Positions 1 through 13,510 of a DNA stretch of 64,000 nt are shown here, piece by piece. Positions within the stretch are counted from its first letter, which is position 1. The number at the start of each line of letters is the position of its first letter. The stretch lies in NCBI RefSeq assembly GCF_009914755.1, contig NC_060932.1; one strand, given 5' to 3'. Made by a program: the position numbers and the translations under genes. Source of the stretch: the human T2T-CHM13v2.0 reference genome, Homo sapiens. Under the pieces are notes generated by a model, which ran no database searches, was not told the DNA's origin, and saw nothing but the letters and a program-made list of their open reading frames with translations.

Positions 1-3000
1 AGAGTTAAGCCTTTCTTTTGATTCAGCAGGTTGGAAACAGTATGTTCGTAGAATCTGTGAAGGGACATTTGGGGGCCTATTGAGCCCTATGGTGAAAAAC
101 AGAATATCTTAAGATAAAAACTAGAAAGAACAATCTGTGAAGCCGCTTTGGGTTTTGTGGATTCATATCATTGAGTTAAACTTTTCTTTTGATTCAACAT
201 GTTGGAAACACTGTTTTTGTAGTATTTGTGAAGGGATCTTTGGTAGCCCATTGAGGCCTATAGTGAAAAAGAAAATATACCCAGATAAAAACTAGAAAGA
301 AGTTATCTGTTAAACTGCTTTTTGATGTGTGTATTCATCTCACAGAGTTACACCTTTCATTTGAGACAGCGGGTTGGTAACATTCTTTTTGTAGAATCTG
401 AGAAGGAAAATTTGGGAGCCATTGTGGCCTAGGATGAAAACAGAATATCCTCAGAAAAAACTAGAATGAAGTTATCTTTGAACCTGTTTTATAATGTGTG
501 GCTTTATTTCAGAGAGTTAAATATTTCTTTTGATTCAGCAGTTTGAAACACTATTTTTGTAAAACCTGTGAAAGGACATTTGGAAGCCCTCTGAAGACTA
601 TTGTGAAAAACCAAATATCCTTAGATAAACACTAAAAAAAAAGGCATCTGTGAAACTGCACTGTAATGCGTGGATTTATGTCACAGTGTAAAAATTTCTT
701 TTGATTCAGCAGGTTAGAAACACTTTTTTTTGTAGAATCTGTGAAGAAACCTTTGGGAGGCAATAGAGACATATGGTGAAAAACTGAACATCCCCAGATA
801 AATACTAGGAATAAGCTGTCTATGAAACTGCTTTGTCATGTATGGATTCACCTCACAGTGTTAAACCTTTCATTTTATTCAGCAGTTTGGAAGCACTCTT
901 TTTGTAGAATCTGCAAAGGAATGTTTGGGAGACCATTGAGGTCTATGGTGAAAAACAGAATATACCCAGATAAACACTAGAAAGAAGCTATCTGGGAAAC
1001 TGCTTTGTGATGTGTGGATTTATCTCACAGAGGTAAATCTTTCTTTTCATTCAGCATATTGGAAACACTCTTTTTGTAAAATCTGCGAAAATACATTTCA
1101 AAGCCTATTTAGGCCTATGGTGAAAAACAATATATCCCCAGATAAACACTAGAAAAAAGATCTCTGTGAAACTGCATTGTGATATGTGGATTCATCTCAC
1201 AGAGTCAAACTTTTCTTTTGATTCATCAGGTTGAGAATACTCTCTTGTGGAAACTTCAAAAAGAAATTTGGGAGCCCAATGAGGCCTAGTGTGATAAACT
1301 GGATATCCCCAGATAAAAACTAAAAAGAAGCTATTTGTGACACTGCTTTGTGATATGTGGATTCATTTCACAGAGATAAACCTTTCCTTTGAGTCAGCAG
1401 GTGGAAGTGCTCTTTTTGTATAATCTACAAAGTAATATTTGGAGCCCATTGAGGCCTATCATGAAAAACAGGATATCTTCAGATAAAAACTTCAAAGAAG
1501 CTATCTGTGAAACTGATTTGTGGTGTGAGGATTCATCTCACATAGTTAATCCTTGCATTCGATTCAACAGATTGAAAATACACTTTTTGTAGAATATGCA
1601 AAAAAACAATTGGGAGCCCATTGAGGCCTAGGTAGAAAAGCAAAATCACCAAATAAAAAGTAGAAAGAACCTATCTGTGAAACTCCTTTGTGACATGTAA
1701 ATTCATCTCACACAGATAAAACTTTCTTTTGATTCAGCAGGTTGGAAACATTCTTTTTGTAGAATCTGTGAAGGGGCATCTGAAAGTTCATTGAGGCCTA
1801 TGGTGAAAAACTGGATATCTTCAGAGAAAAATGAGAAAGAAGATACTTATGAATCTGTTTTGTGATGTGTGGATTCATGTCACAGAGTTAAACCTTTCTG
1901 TTGATTCAGCAGTTTTAAAACACTCTTTTTGTAGAATTTGCAAAGGGAAATAGGGCAGCCCATTGAGGCTTATGGTGAAAAACAGAATATACCCAGATTA
2001 AAACTAGAAAGAAGCTGTCTGGGACACTCCTCTGTGATGTGTGGATTCATCTCACAAAGTTAAACCTTTCTTTTGATTCAGCTGGTTGGAATCACATTTT
2101 TTGTAGAATCTGTGAAGGGATATTTGGGAGGTTACTGAGGCCTATGTTAAAAAAAGGAATACCCCCAGACGGAAAATAGAAATAAGCTATTTGTTAAAGT
2201 GCTTTGTGATCGATGGATTTATCTCACAGGGTTAAACCTTTCTTTTCATTCAGGAGGTTGAAAACACTGTTTTTGTAGAATCTGGGAAGGGATGTTTGGG
2301 AGCCCACTGAGGTTTTTGTTTAAAAACAAAATAGCCCCAGATAAAATATAGAAAGAAACCATCTATGGAACTGCTTTGCAATGTGTCGATTCATCTCAGA
2401 GAGGTAAACCTTTCTTTTGATTCAGCAGTTTGGAAATAATCTTTTTGTACGATCTGTGAAGGGACCTGTAAGAGCCCTTTGAGGCCAATGGTGAAAAACT
2501 GAATATATTCAGATAAAAACTAGAAAAAAGCAATCTGTGAAACTGCTTTGTGATGTGTGGACTTGACTAACAGAGTTAAACCTTTCTTTTAATGCACTAG
2601 GTTTGAAATACTATTTTGTAGCGGCCTATGGTAAAAGAAAGAATGTCCACATATAGAAACTAGAAAGAAGCAATCTGTGAAACTGCTTTGTGATGTGTGG
2701 ATTAGTCTCACAGAATTAAAACTTTACTTTGAATCAGCAGGTTGGAAAGACTCTTTTTGTAGAATCTGTAATGGAATTGATTCAACAAGTTGAAAGCACT
2801 CTTGGGATCCAATTCAGGCCTATTGTGAAAAACTCAATATTCCAGATAAAATCTAGAAAGAAGCAATCAGTGAAAGTGATTTCTGATGTACAGATTCACT
2901 TCACAGAGTTAAAAGTTTCTTTTGATACAGTGTGTTGGAAACTCTCTTTTGGTAGAATGTGTGAATGGACATTTGGGAGTTCACTGAGGCCCATAGTGAA

Positions 3001-3088
3001 AAACTGAATATCCACTGTTAAAAACTAGAAATAATTTATCTGTTAAACTGTTTTGTGATGTGTGGATTCATCTCATGGAGTTAAAAAT
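1..3088 (+). repeat. Alpha satellite, diverged monomeric array (left layer, part 1)
   Basis: ~171-bp periodic motifs (gattcagcaggttggaaacactctttttgtagaatctg ... tttgggagcccattgaggcctatggtgaaaaa ... aactagaaagaagctatctgtgaaactgctttgtgatgtgtggattcatctcacagagttaaac). Monomers are strongly diverged from each other; no CENP-B box seen. Confidence 0.97.
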
Positions 3089-5228
3089 TTGTTTTACTTA
3101 TTTTTTTATTATTATACTTTAAGTTCTAGGGTACATATGCACAAAGTGCAGGTTTGTTACATATGTATACATATGCCATCTTGGTGTGCTGCACCCATTA
3201 ACTCGTTATTTACATTAGGTATATCTCCTAATGCTATCCTTCCCCCCTACCCCCTCCCATGACAGGCCCTGGTCTGTGGTGTTCCCCACCCTCTGTCCAA
3301 GTTTTCTCATTGTTCAATTCCCACCTATGAGTGACAACATGCAGTGTTTTGTTTTCTATCCTTGTGATAGTTTGCTCAGAATGATGAGTTCCAGCTTCAT
3401 CCACATCCCCACAAAGGGCATGAACTCATCCTTTTTAATGGCTGTATATTATTCCATGGTGTATATGTGCCATATTCTCTTAATCCAGTCTATCATTGAT
3501 GGACATTTGTGTTGGTTCCAAGTCTTTGCTATTGTGAATAGGGCTGCAATAAACATATGTGTGCATGCATCTTTATAGCAGCATGATTTATAATCCTTTG
3601 GGTATATACCCAGTAATGGGATGGCAGGGTCAAATGGTATTTCTAGTTCTAGACTCTTGAGGAATCACTACACTTTGACAATGATTGAACCAACAGTGTA
3701 AAAGTGTTCCTATTTCTCCACATCCTCTCCAGCACCTGTTGTTTCCTTACATTTTAATGATTACCATTCTAAGTGGTGTGAGATGGTATCTCACTGGGGT
3801 TTTGATTTGCATTTCTCTGATGACCAATGACGATGAGCATTTTTTCATGTGTCTGTTGGCTGCATAAATGTCTTCTTTGGAGAAGTGTCTGTTCATATCC
3901 TTTGCCCACTTTTTGATGAGGTTGTTTGATTTTTTTCTTGTAAATTTGTTTAAGTTCTTTGCAGATTCTGGATATTAGCCCATTGTCAGATGGGTAAATT
4001 GCAAAAATTTTCTCCCGTTCTGTAGGTTGCCTGTTCACTCTGATGGTAGTTTCTTTTGCTGTGCAGAAGCTCTTTAGTTTAATTAGATCCAATTTCTTAA
4101 TTTTGGCTTTTGTTGCCATTGCTTTTGGTGTTTCAGTCATGAAGTCCTTGCACATGCCTGTGTCCTGAATGCTATTGCCTAGGTTTTCTTCTAGGGTTTT
4201 TATGGTTGTAGGTCTGAAATGTAGGTATTTAATCCATCTTGAATTAATTTTTGTATAAGGTGTAAGAAAGGGATCCAGTTTCAGCTTTCTACATATGGCT
4301 AGCCAGATTTCCCAGCACCATTTATTAAATACGAAATCCTTTCCCCATTTCTTGTTTTTCTCAGGTTTGTCAAAGATCAGATGCTGGTAGATGCGTGGTA
4401 TTATTTCTGAGGTCTCTGTTCTGTTCCATTGGTCTATATCTCTATTTTGGTACCAGTACCATGCTGTTTTGATTACTGTAGCCTTGTAGTGTAGTTTGAA
4501 GTCAAGTAGTGTGATGCCTCCAGCTTTGTTCTTTTGGCTTAGATTGACTTGGCAATGCAGGCTCTTTTTTGGTTCCATATGGACTTTAAACCAGTTTTTT
4601 TTTTCCAATTCTGTGAAGAAAGTCTTTGATAACTTGATGGGGATGGCATTCAATCTATAAATTACTTTGGGCAGTATGGCCATTTTCATGATATTGATTC
4701 TTCCTATCCATGAGCATGGAATGTTCCTCAATTTGTTTGTGTCATTTTTTATTTCATTGAGCAGTGGCTTGTAGTTCTCCTTGAAGAGGTCCTTCAGATC
4801 CCTTGTAAGTTGCATTCCTAGGTATTTTATTCTCTTTGAAGCAATTGTGAATGGGAGTTCACTCATGATTTGGCTCTCTGTCTGTTATTGGAATGCTTGT
4901 GATTTTTGCACACTGATTTTGTATACTGAGGCTTTGCTGAAGTTTCCCATCAGCTTAAGGAGATTTTGGGTTGAAATAATGGGGTTTTCTAAATATACAA
5001 TCATGTCATCTGCAAACAGGGACAATTTGACTTCCTCTTTTCCTAATTGAATACCCTTTATTTCTTTCTTCTGCCTGATTGCCCTGACCAGAACTTCCAA
5101 CTATATGTAGAATACGAGTGGTGAGAGAGGGCATCCCTGTCTTGTGCCAGTTTTCAAAGAGAATGCTTCCAGTTTATGCCTATTCAGTATGATATTACCT
5201 GTGGGTTTGTCATAAATAGCTCTTATTA
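3089..5228 (-). mobile_element. 5'-truncated LINE-1, L1PA4/L1PA5-like (~2.1 kb: 3' ORF2, 3'UTR, degenerate poly(A))
   Basis: T-rich tail at ~3089-3115, then the typical L1PA 3'UTR (tatactttaagttctagggtaca ... tttacattaggtatatctcc ... gtttgctcagaatgatg). Minus-strand ORFs 5101-5313, 4885-5100 ([17 protein letters not shown] motif) and 3769-4866 translate as ORF2p pieces. Candidate 8-bp TSD ttaaaaat at 3081-3088 and 5226-5233. Subfamily is from recalled diagnostics. Confidence 0.93.
3690..5228 (-). pseudogene. Disrupted L1 ORF2 remnant (C-terminal RT region through the cysteine-rich domain)
   Basis: [21 protein letters not shown] and [19 protein letters not shown] motifs are spread over several ORFs separated by stops and frameshifts; the endonuclease domain and start are absent. 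Confidence 0.9.
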
Positions 5229-8200
5229 AAAATCGGCATGTTGGAAACAGTCTTTTTGTAGAATCTGTAAAGAAACATTTGGGAGCCAATTGAGACCTAT
5301 GGTAAGATAACAACTAGAAAGAATCTCTTTGTGAAACTGCTTTGTGATGTGTGGATTCATCTCACAGATTTAAACTTTCTTTGATTTAGCAGTTTGAAAG
5401 CATTCTTTTGTAGTATCTGAAAAGGGACATTTTGGAGCTCATTGAAGATTATATTAAAAAACTGAATATGCCAAGATAAAAACTAGAAAGAAGCTATCTG
5501 TGAAACTGCTTTATAATATGTGGACTAATCTCACAGAGGTAAACCTTTCCTTTGATTCCCTAGGTTTGAGGCACTCCTTTTGTGGAATATGCAAAGGGAC
5601 ATTTAATGCACATAGACATCTATTGTCAAAAACCGAATATGTACAGATACAAACTACAAAAAACTCTCTGTGAAATTGCTTTGTGATGTGTGAATTCACC
5701 TCACCAAGTTAAACTTTTCCTTTGACTCAGCACACTGGAAACACTCTTTTTGTAGAATATGTGAGGAAACATTTAAGAGCCCTTTAAAATCTATATTGCA
5801 AAACCCAATATGCCCAGATAAAAACAAGTTTGGAAACACTTTTTTTGTAAGATCTATGAAGAGACATTTTGGAAATCACTGGGTCCAATGGTGAAAAATT
5901 GAATATCCCAAGATAGAAACTAGAAAGAAGGTATTTGTGAAACTGCTTTTTGATGTGGGATTATCTTACAGAGTTAACCCCTTCTTTTGATTCAACAGCT
6001 TGGAAACACTCATTTGTAAAATTGGCAAACGGACATTTGAAAGCCCTTTGAGGTCTATGGCAAAAAAGCCAATATCCCCAGATAAAAACTAGAAATAAGC
6101 AATTTCTGAAACTGCTTTTTGATGTTTGGATTCATCCCACAGAGTTAAAACTTTGTTATGATACAGCAGTCTGGAAAGACTTCTTTTGCAGAATCTGTGA
6201 AGGGGCATTTTGGAGCCCACTGAGGCACTTGTCAAAATCTGAATATCCCTAGATAAATACTAGAAAGACTCTATCTGTGAAACTGCTTTGTGATGTGTGG
6301 ATTCATCTCACAAACTTAGATATTTCTTTTGATTAAGAAGATTGGAAACACTCTTTTTATAAAATCTGTGAAAGGACAATTTGGAGGTCACAGAAACCTA
6401 TGGTGAAAAAGAGAATGTCTCCATATACAGACAAAAAACATGCTATTTGTGAAACTGCTTTGTGATGAACAGATTCATCTCACAGAGTTAAAAGTTTCCT
6501 TTGATTCAGCAGGTTGAAAAACCTGTTTGTAGAATCTGTGATGGAACTTTTGGGAGACCATTGAGGTCTATAGTAAAAAAAAATCCCCAGTTAGAAACTA
6601 GAAATAAGCTATCTGTGAAACTTCTTTGTAATGTGTGGATTCATCTCACAGGGAAAAACCTTTCTTTGGATTCAGCAGGTTCTAAACACCCTTTTTGTAG
6701 AATTTGTGAAGGGACATATGGGAGCCCATTGAAGTTTATGATGAAAAACGGAATATCCCCAGATAAAAACGGTAAAGAAGCCATCTGTGAAACTGTTTTG
6801 TGATGTGTGGATTCATATCACAGAGTGAAACCTTTCTTTTTATTCATTAGGTTGGAAACACTATTTTTGTAGAATCTTCAGAGGGATGTTTGGGAGGACT
6901 TTGTGGCCTATAGTGAAAAACTGAATATCCCTAGATAAAAACTAGAATGAAGCTTCAGTGAAATGATTTTTGGTGTGTATTCATCTAATGGAGTTAAACC
7001 TTTCTTTTGATTCAGCAGGTTGTGAACTCTTTTTCTGTACAATTTTTGAAGGGATATTTGGGAACCCTGAGGCCTAAGGTGAATAACTGCATATTCCCAA
7101 ATACAAACTAGAAAGAATCTATTAGTAAAACTGCTTTGAGATGTGTGGGTTCATCTCACACTGTTATCACTTTGTTTTAATTCAGTAGGTTGGAAACACC
7201 ATTTTTGTTGAAACTGCAAAGGGACAATTGGGAGCCTATTGAAGCTTATGGTGAAAAACAAAATATCCCCAGATAAAAAGTAGAAAGAAGCTGTCAGTGA
7301 AACGGCTTTGTAATGTGTCAATTCTTATCACAAAAGTAAAACTTCCTTTTGATTCAGCAGGTTGGAAACACTCTTTATGTAGAATCTGAAAGTGAATATT
7401 TGGGAGCCCATTGAGGCCTGTGTTGAATATCTGAATACCCACCAATAAAAACTAGAAAGAAACTATCTGTGAAACTCATTTGTGATGTGTGTATTCATCT
7501 TAAAGAATTAAGCCTTTCTTTTTTTTTCAGAAGGTTGGAAACACTCTTTGTAGAATCTGGGAAGGTACATTTTTGAGCCCATTTAAGCCTATGGTGAAAA
7601 ATTTAATATCTCCAAATAAAAACTAGAAAGAAGTTATCTGTAAAACGGCATTGTGTGGTGAGGATTCACCTCACAGAGTTAAACTTTCCTTTTGATTCAG
7701 CAGGGTTAATTCTTTCTTTTGATTCAGTAGGTTGGAATCACTTTTTTTGTAGAAACTGTTAAGAAACATTTGGGAACCTATTATGACCTATTGTGAAAAA
7801 ACGAATTTTTCCAGAGAAAAACTAGAAGGAAGCTATCTGTGAAATTATAATATGTGTATTCATCTCACAGAGATATAACTTCCTTTTGACTTACCAGGTT
7901 AGAAACACTGTTTTGTAGAATCTGCAAAAGGACGTTTTTGATCACATTGAGGCCCATGGTGAAAAACCGAATATCTCCAGAGAAAAAGTAGAAAAAAGTT
8001 ATCTGTGAAACCGCTTTGTGCTGTGTGGATTCAGCTTACAGATTTAACCCTTTCATCTGATTCAGCAGGTTAGAAACACTCTTTTTGAAGAATATGTGAA
8101 TGGACATTTGGGAACCAATTGAGGCCTATATTGAAAAAACGAATATCCCAAGATAAAAATTCATAAGAAATTATCAGTGAAACTTCTTTGTGATATGTGG

Positions 8201-11200
8201 ATTCATCTCAAAGATTTTTAACATTTCTTTTGATTTATCTGGTTGAATCACTCTTTTTGTAGAATCTGTGAAGATATATTTGGGAGCCCATTGAGGCCTA
8301 TGGTGAAAACCGAGTATCTCCAGATAACAACAAGAAAGAAGTTATCTGTGAAATTGCTTTGTGATGTGTCTATTCATCTCACAGAGTTAAAATTTCCTTT
8401 CTGTTCAGTAGGTTGGAAACACTCACTTTTAGAACTGAAAAGGGAAATTTAATAGTCAATTAAGGCCAATGGGGGAAAACAGAATATCACCAGATAAAAA
8501 CTAGAAAGAAGTTATCTGGGAATCTGCTTTGTAATGTGTGAATTCATCTCACATAGTTAAGGCTTTCTCTGGATTCACCAGGTTGGAAACCCTTTTATTG
8601 TAGAATCTGAAAAGGGACATTTTGAAGCCCAGTGAGGCCTATGGTGAAAAACAGAATAGTAACAGAAAAAAACTATTAAAAAGCTATCTGTGAAACTGCT
8701 TTGTAATGTGTGGATACATCTCACAGAGTTAAACCTTTCTTTTGCTTCAGCATGCAGGAAAATCTCTTTTTGTAGAATCTGCCAAGGGAAATTTGTGAGC
8801 TCATTGAGACTAAAGGTAAAAAATTGAATATACCAAGATAAAAACTAGAAAGCAGCAATCTGTGAAATGGCTTTGTGATGTATGCTTCATCTCAGAAATG
8901 TGAACTTTTCTTTTAATTTAGAATGTTGGAAACTTTTTTTTGCAGAATCTGTGACTGGACATTGGGGAGCTCATTGAGGTGAATGGTGCAAAACTGAATA
9001 TCCCTAGATAAAAACTGGAAAAAATCTCTTTGAAACTGCTTCATGATGTGTGGATTCTTCTCATGGTGGTAAACATTTATTTTCATTCAGCAGATTGGAA
9101 AATCTCTTTTTGTAGAACCTGAAAAGGAACATTTGGTAGCCCAATGAGGCCTATAGGAAAAAAGAGAATGTCCTGATAAAAACAAGAAATAACTTACCTG
9201 TGAAACTGCTTTGAATGTGTGATTCACCTCACAAAGTTAAACGTTTCTTTTAATCAGCAGGTTGGAAATAAGCTTTTTGTAGAACCTGTGAAGGAACGTT
9301 TGAAACCCCATTGAGGCTTATAGTTAAAAACAAAATATCTCAAGATAAAAGCTAGAAAGAAGGTATCTGGGAAACTGCTTTGTGATGTTTGGATTCATCT
9401 CACAGAGGTAAATCTTTCTTTCGAATCAGCAGGTTGAAAACACCATTTTGTAAAATCTACAAAGAGACATTTGGGAGACCATTGAGGCATATGGTGAAAA
9501 ACGGAGAATCCCAAGATAAAAACAAGAAAGAAGCTATCTGTGAAACTCCTTTGTGACGTGTAGATCCATCTCACAGAGTGAAACTTTTCTTTTCATTCAG
9601 CAGGTTGGAAACATTCTCTTTGTAGAATCTGCAAAGGAACAATTGGGAGTCTATTGAGGCCCATGTTGGCAAACTGATTATTCCCAGATAAAAACTAGAG
9701 AGAAGATATTCATGTAACTGCTTTGTTATGTGTGCATTCATCTAACAGAGATAAAACTTTCTTTTGATTCATCAGGTTGGAAACACTCTTGCTTTAGAGT
9801 CTTGAAAGGAATATTTGGGAGTCCCTTGAGTGCTATGGTGAAAAACCAAATATTCCCAGATAAAAACTAGAAAGAAGCTATCTGTGAAACTGCTTTGTGT
9901 TGTGTGGATTCATCTCACACAGTTAAACCTTTCTTTTGATTCAGCAAGTTGGAAAGCTTCCTTTTGGAGGATCTGGGAATGGAGATTTTGGAGCCCATTG
10001 AGGCCTACGGTGAAAAACCGAATATCCCCAGATATAAACTAGAAAGAAATTTTCCATGAAACTGCTTTGTGATTACTGTGAAAATGCTTTGTGACATGTG
10101 GATTCATCTCACAGAGTTACACATTTATTTTGGTTCAGCTGGTTGGAAACACTCTTTTTGTAAAACCTGAAAAGAGACATTTGGGAGCACATGGAGGACT
10201 ATGGTGAAAAATTGAATAACCTCAGGAAAAAAAAAACAAGAAACTATCTGTGAAACTGCTTTGTGATATGCGGATTCATCTCACAAAGTTAAATCTTTGT
10301 TATAACTCTGCAAGTTATAAACACTCTTTTTGTAGAACATGTGAAAGTACATTTGGGAGCCCTTCAAGGACTATGGTGAAAAACAGAATATCCCCAGATA
10401 AAACGAAAAAGAAACTATCTGTGAAACTATTTTGGGATGAGTTAAGTCATCTTACAAAGTGCAACCTTTCTTTTAATTCAGCAGGTCGAAGACAGTCTTT
10501 TTGTAGAATCTGTGAAGGCATATTTGAAAGCCCATTGAGGCCTATGGTGAAAAACCGAATATCCTCAGATACAAACTAGAAAGAAGCTATCTGTGAAACT
10601 TCTTTGTGATATGTGGATTCATCTCACAGAGTTACACCATTCAGCATGTTTGCTAACACTTTTTTTGTAGAATATTCAAAGGGACATTTGAGAGCCCTTT
10701 GAGGCCTATGTTAAAAAAAGAATAACCCCAGATAAAAACTAGAAATAAACTATGAAACTGCTTTGGGTTGTGTGGATTCATCTCACAGAAATAAACCTTT
10801 CATTTGATTCATCTACTTGGAAACACTTTTTCCGTAGAATCTGTGAAGAGGCATTTAAAAGCCTATTGTGGAGTATGGTGAAAAATCAAATATCTTCTAA
10901 TAAAAACTAAAAACATGCTATCTATGAAACTGCTTGTGAAGAGTGAATTCATCTCACAGATTTAAAAATTTCTTTTGATTCAGCAGGTTGGAAACACTCT
11001 TTTTGAAGAATCTGCCGAGGGATATTTGGGAGCCCCTTCAGGCCTATGGCAAAAAACTGAATATCCCCAGATAAAAATTCAAAAGAAGTTATCTGTGAAA
11101 CTGCTTTGCAATGTGTGAATTTGTCTCACATAGTTAAACTTTTCTTTTGATTCAACAGGTTGGAAACACTTTTTGTAGAATCTAGGAAGAGACTTACGGG

Positions 11201-13510
11201 AGCCCAAGGAGGCCTATGGTGAAAAAATGAATATCCTCAGATAAAAACTAGAAAGAAGCTCTTTGTGAAACTGCTTTGTGATGTGTGGATTCACATCTCA
11301 AAGTTAAACGTTATTATTATTATTTTTTTGATTCTGCAAGTTGGAAACACTTTGTAAAATCTGCAAAGGTAGAGTTGGGAGCCCATTGAGACCTATGTCA
11401 AAAAACTGAATATTTCCAGTTAAAAACTAGAAAGAGGCTAACTGTGAAACGGCCTTTTGATGAGTTTATTCGTGTCAAAAACTTTAACCTTTCTTTTCTT
11501 TCAGAACGTTGGCAACACTTTTTGGAGAATCTGTGAAGGGACATTTCATAGTCCATTGAAACCTATAGCAAAAAAAAAAAAAAAAAAAGGAATATCCCCA
11601 GATTAAAACTAGAAAGAAGCCATCTGTGAAACTGCTTTGGGTTGTGTGGACTCATCTCACAGAGGTAAACCTTTCTTTTGATTCAGCAAGTTGGAAACAG
11701 TCTTTTTGTAGAATCTGCGAAGGGACATTTGGGAGCCCATAAATGCCTATGGTGAAAAACTGAATATCCTCAGAATAAAACTGGAAAGAAGCTACCTGTG
11801 AAACTGCTTTTTGATGGCTAGATTCATCTCACAGAGATAACACTTTCTTTTGATGTAGTAGGTTGAAAACACTCTTTTTGTAGAATCTGCAAAGGGAATA
11901 TTTTGGAGCACATTGAGTGCTATGGTGAAAAACAGAATATCCCCAGATAAAAACTGGAAAGAAGGCTCTCTGTGACACTACTTTGTGATGCCTGGATGCA
12001 TCTCATAGAGTTAAACCTTATTTTTGATTCAGCAGGTTAGAAACACTCCTTTTGTATATATGCCAAGGTACATTTGGGAGCCCGTTAAGGTCTATCATGA
12101 AAAAATGAATATCCCCAGACAAAAATTATAAAGAAGCTATCTGTTAAACTGCTTTTTGATGTGTGAATGCATCTTACACAGTTAAACATTTCTTTTGATT
12201 CAGCCAATTGGAAACACTCCTTTTGTAGCATGTCTGAAGAGATATTTAAGATTCCATTGAGGCCTATGGTGAAAAATTGAATATCCCTTGATAAAAATTA
12301 GAAGAAACTATCTGAGAAACTGCTTTGTGACATGTGGATTCATCTCACAGTTAAAAATTTCGTTTGATTCAACACATTAGAAACAATCTTTTTGTAGAAT
12401 CTGTGAAGGGACATTTGGGAGCCCATTGAGGCCTCTGGTGAAAAACTGAATATTCTTAGGTAAAAACTAGAAAGAAGTTATCTAAGAAACTGCTTTGTAA
12501 TGTCTGGATTCAGCTCACAGCTTTAAATATTTCCTTTGATTAAGCAGATTGGAAACACTCTTTTTGAAGAATCTGCAAAGAAACATTTGAGAGCCTTTTG
12601 AGGCTGATTGTGAAAAACTGAATATCCCCAGGTAAAAACTAGAAAGATGTTATCAGTGAAACTGTCGTGTGATGTGTGGATTCATCTCACAAAGGTAAAA
12701 TTTTCTTATGATTCTGAAGGTTGGCAACACTCTTTCTGTAGAATCTGTGAAGGTACATTTGGGAGCCCATTGAGCCCTATGGTGAAAAACTGAATATCCC
12801 CAGATAAAAATTAGAAAGAAACTCTGTGAAACTACTTTGTGATGTTTGGATTCAACTCACAAAGTTAAACTTTTCTTTTGATTCAGAAGGTTGGAAACAC
12901 TCGTTTTGTAGAATCTACAAAGGAACATTTGGAGGCCATTGAGGCCTATAGTGAAAAACTGAATATTCTCAGATAAAAACTAGAAAGAAGCTATCTGTGA
13001 AACTGCATTGTAATGTGTGGATTCATCTCACAGAGTTAATCCTTTCTTTTAGTTTAGCAGGTTGGAAACACTCTTTCTGTAGAATCTGCGAATAGATATT
13101 TAACAGCCCATTGAGCCCTATGGTGAAAAATCAAATATCTTTTCTTTAAAAAAAATAAAAGAATACTATTCTGTAGAATCCTCTAAGGGACATTTGGGAG
13201 CCCATTTATGCCTATGGTGAAAAACCAAATATCCCAAGATGAAAACTGGAAATAAGCTGTTCCTGTAACTGATTTGTGATGTGTGGATTAATCTCACCAA
13301 GATAAGTATTCCTTTTCCTTCAACATGTTGGAAACACTCTTTTTGTAGAATCTGTGTTGGAACATTTAAAGGTCCCTTGAGATTTTAGGGGAAAATGGAA
13401 TATCCCTATATAGAAACTAGAAAGAAGCTATCTGTTAAACTGCTTTGTGATGTGTGGATTCATCTCACAGAGTTAAACCTTTCTTTTTATTCAGCAGGTT
13501 GAAAAGACTC
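5229..13510 (+). repeat. Alpha satellite, diverged monomeric array (left layer, part 2)
   Basis: Same ~171-bp monomer type as 1-3088. Ends abruptly mid-monomer at ...ttcagcaggttgaaaagactc (13510). Confidence 0.97.

Noticed and set aside
3769-4866. 365-aa ORF as a functional gene
   Set aside because: Fragment of a truncated, frameshifted L1 ORF2.
7690-10095. Short intra-monomer duplications (~7690-7730, ~10060-10095) and half-monomer deletions (~52480-52580)
   Set aside because: Ordinary single-copy decay of dead satellite.
1389-10579. Short ORFs in alpha satellite (also 47610-63753)
   Set aside because: Chance reading frames of the 171-bp repeat.
11570-11588. Poly(A) runs inside alpha monomers (also ~55015-55034)
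   Set aside because: Slippage expansions of the consensus A-runs; no element body or TSD.
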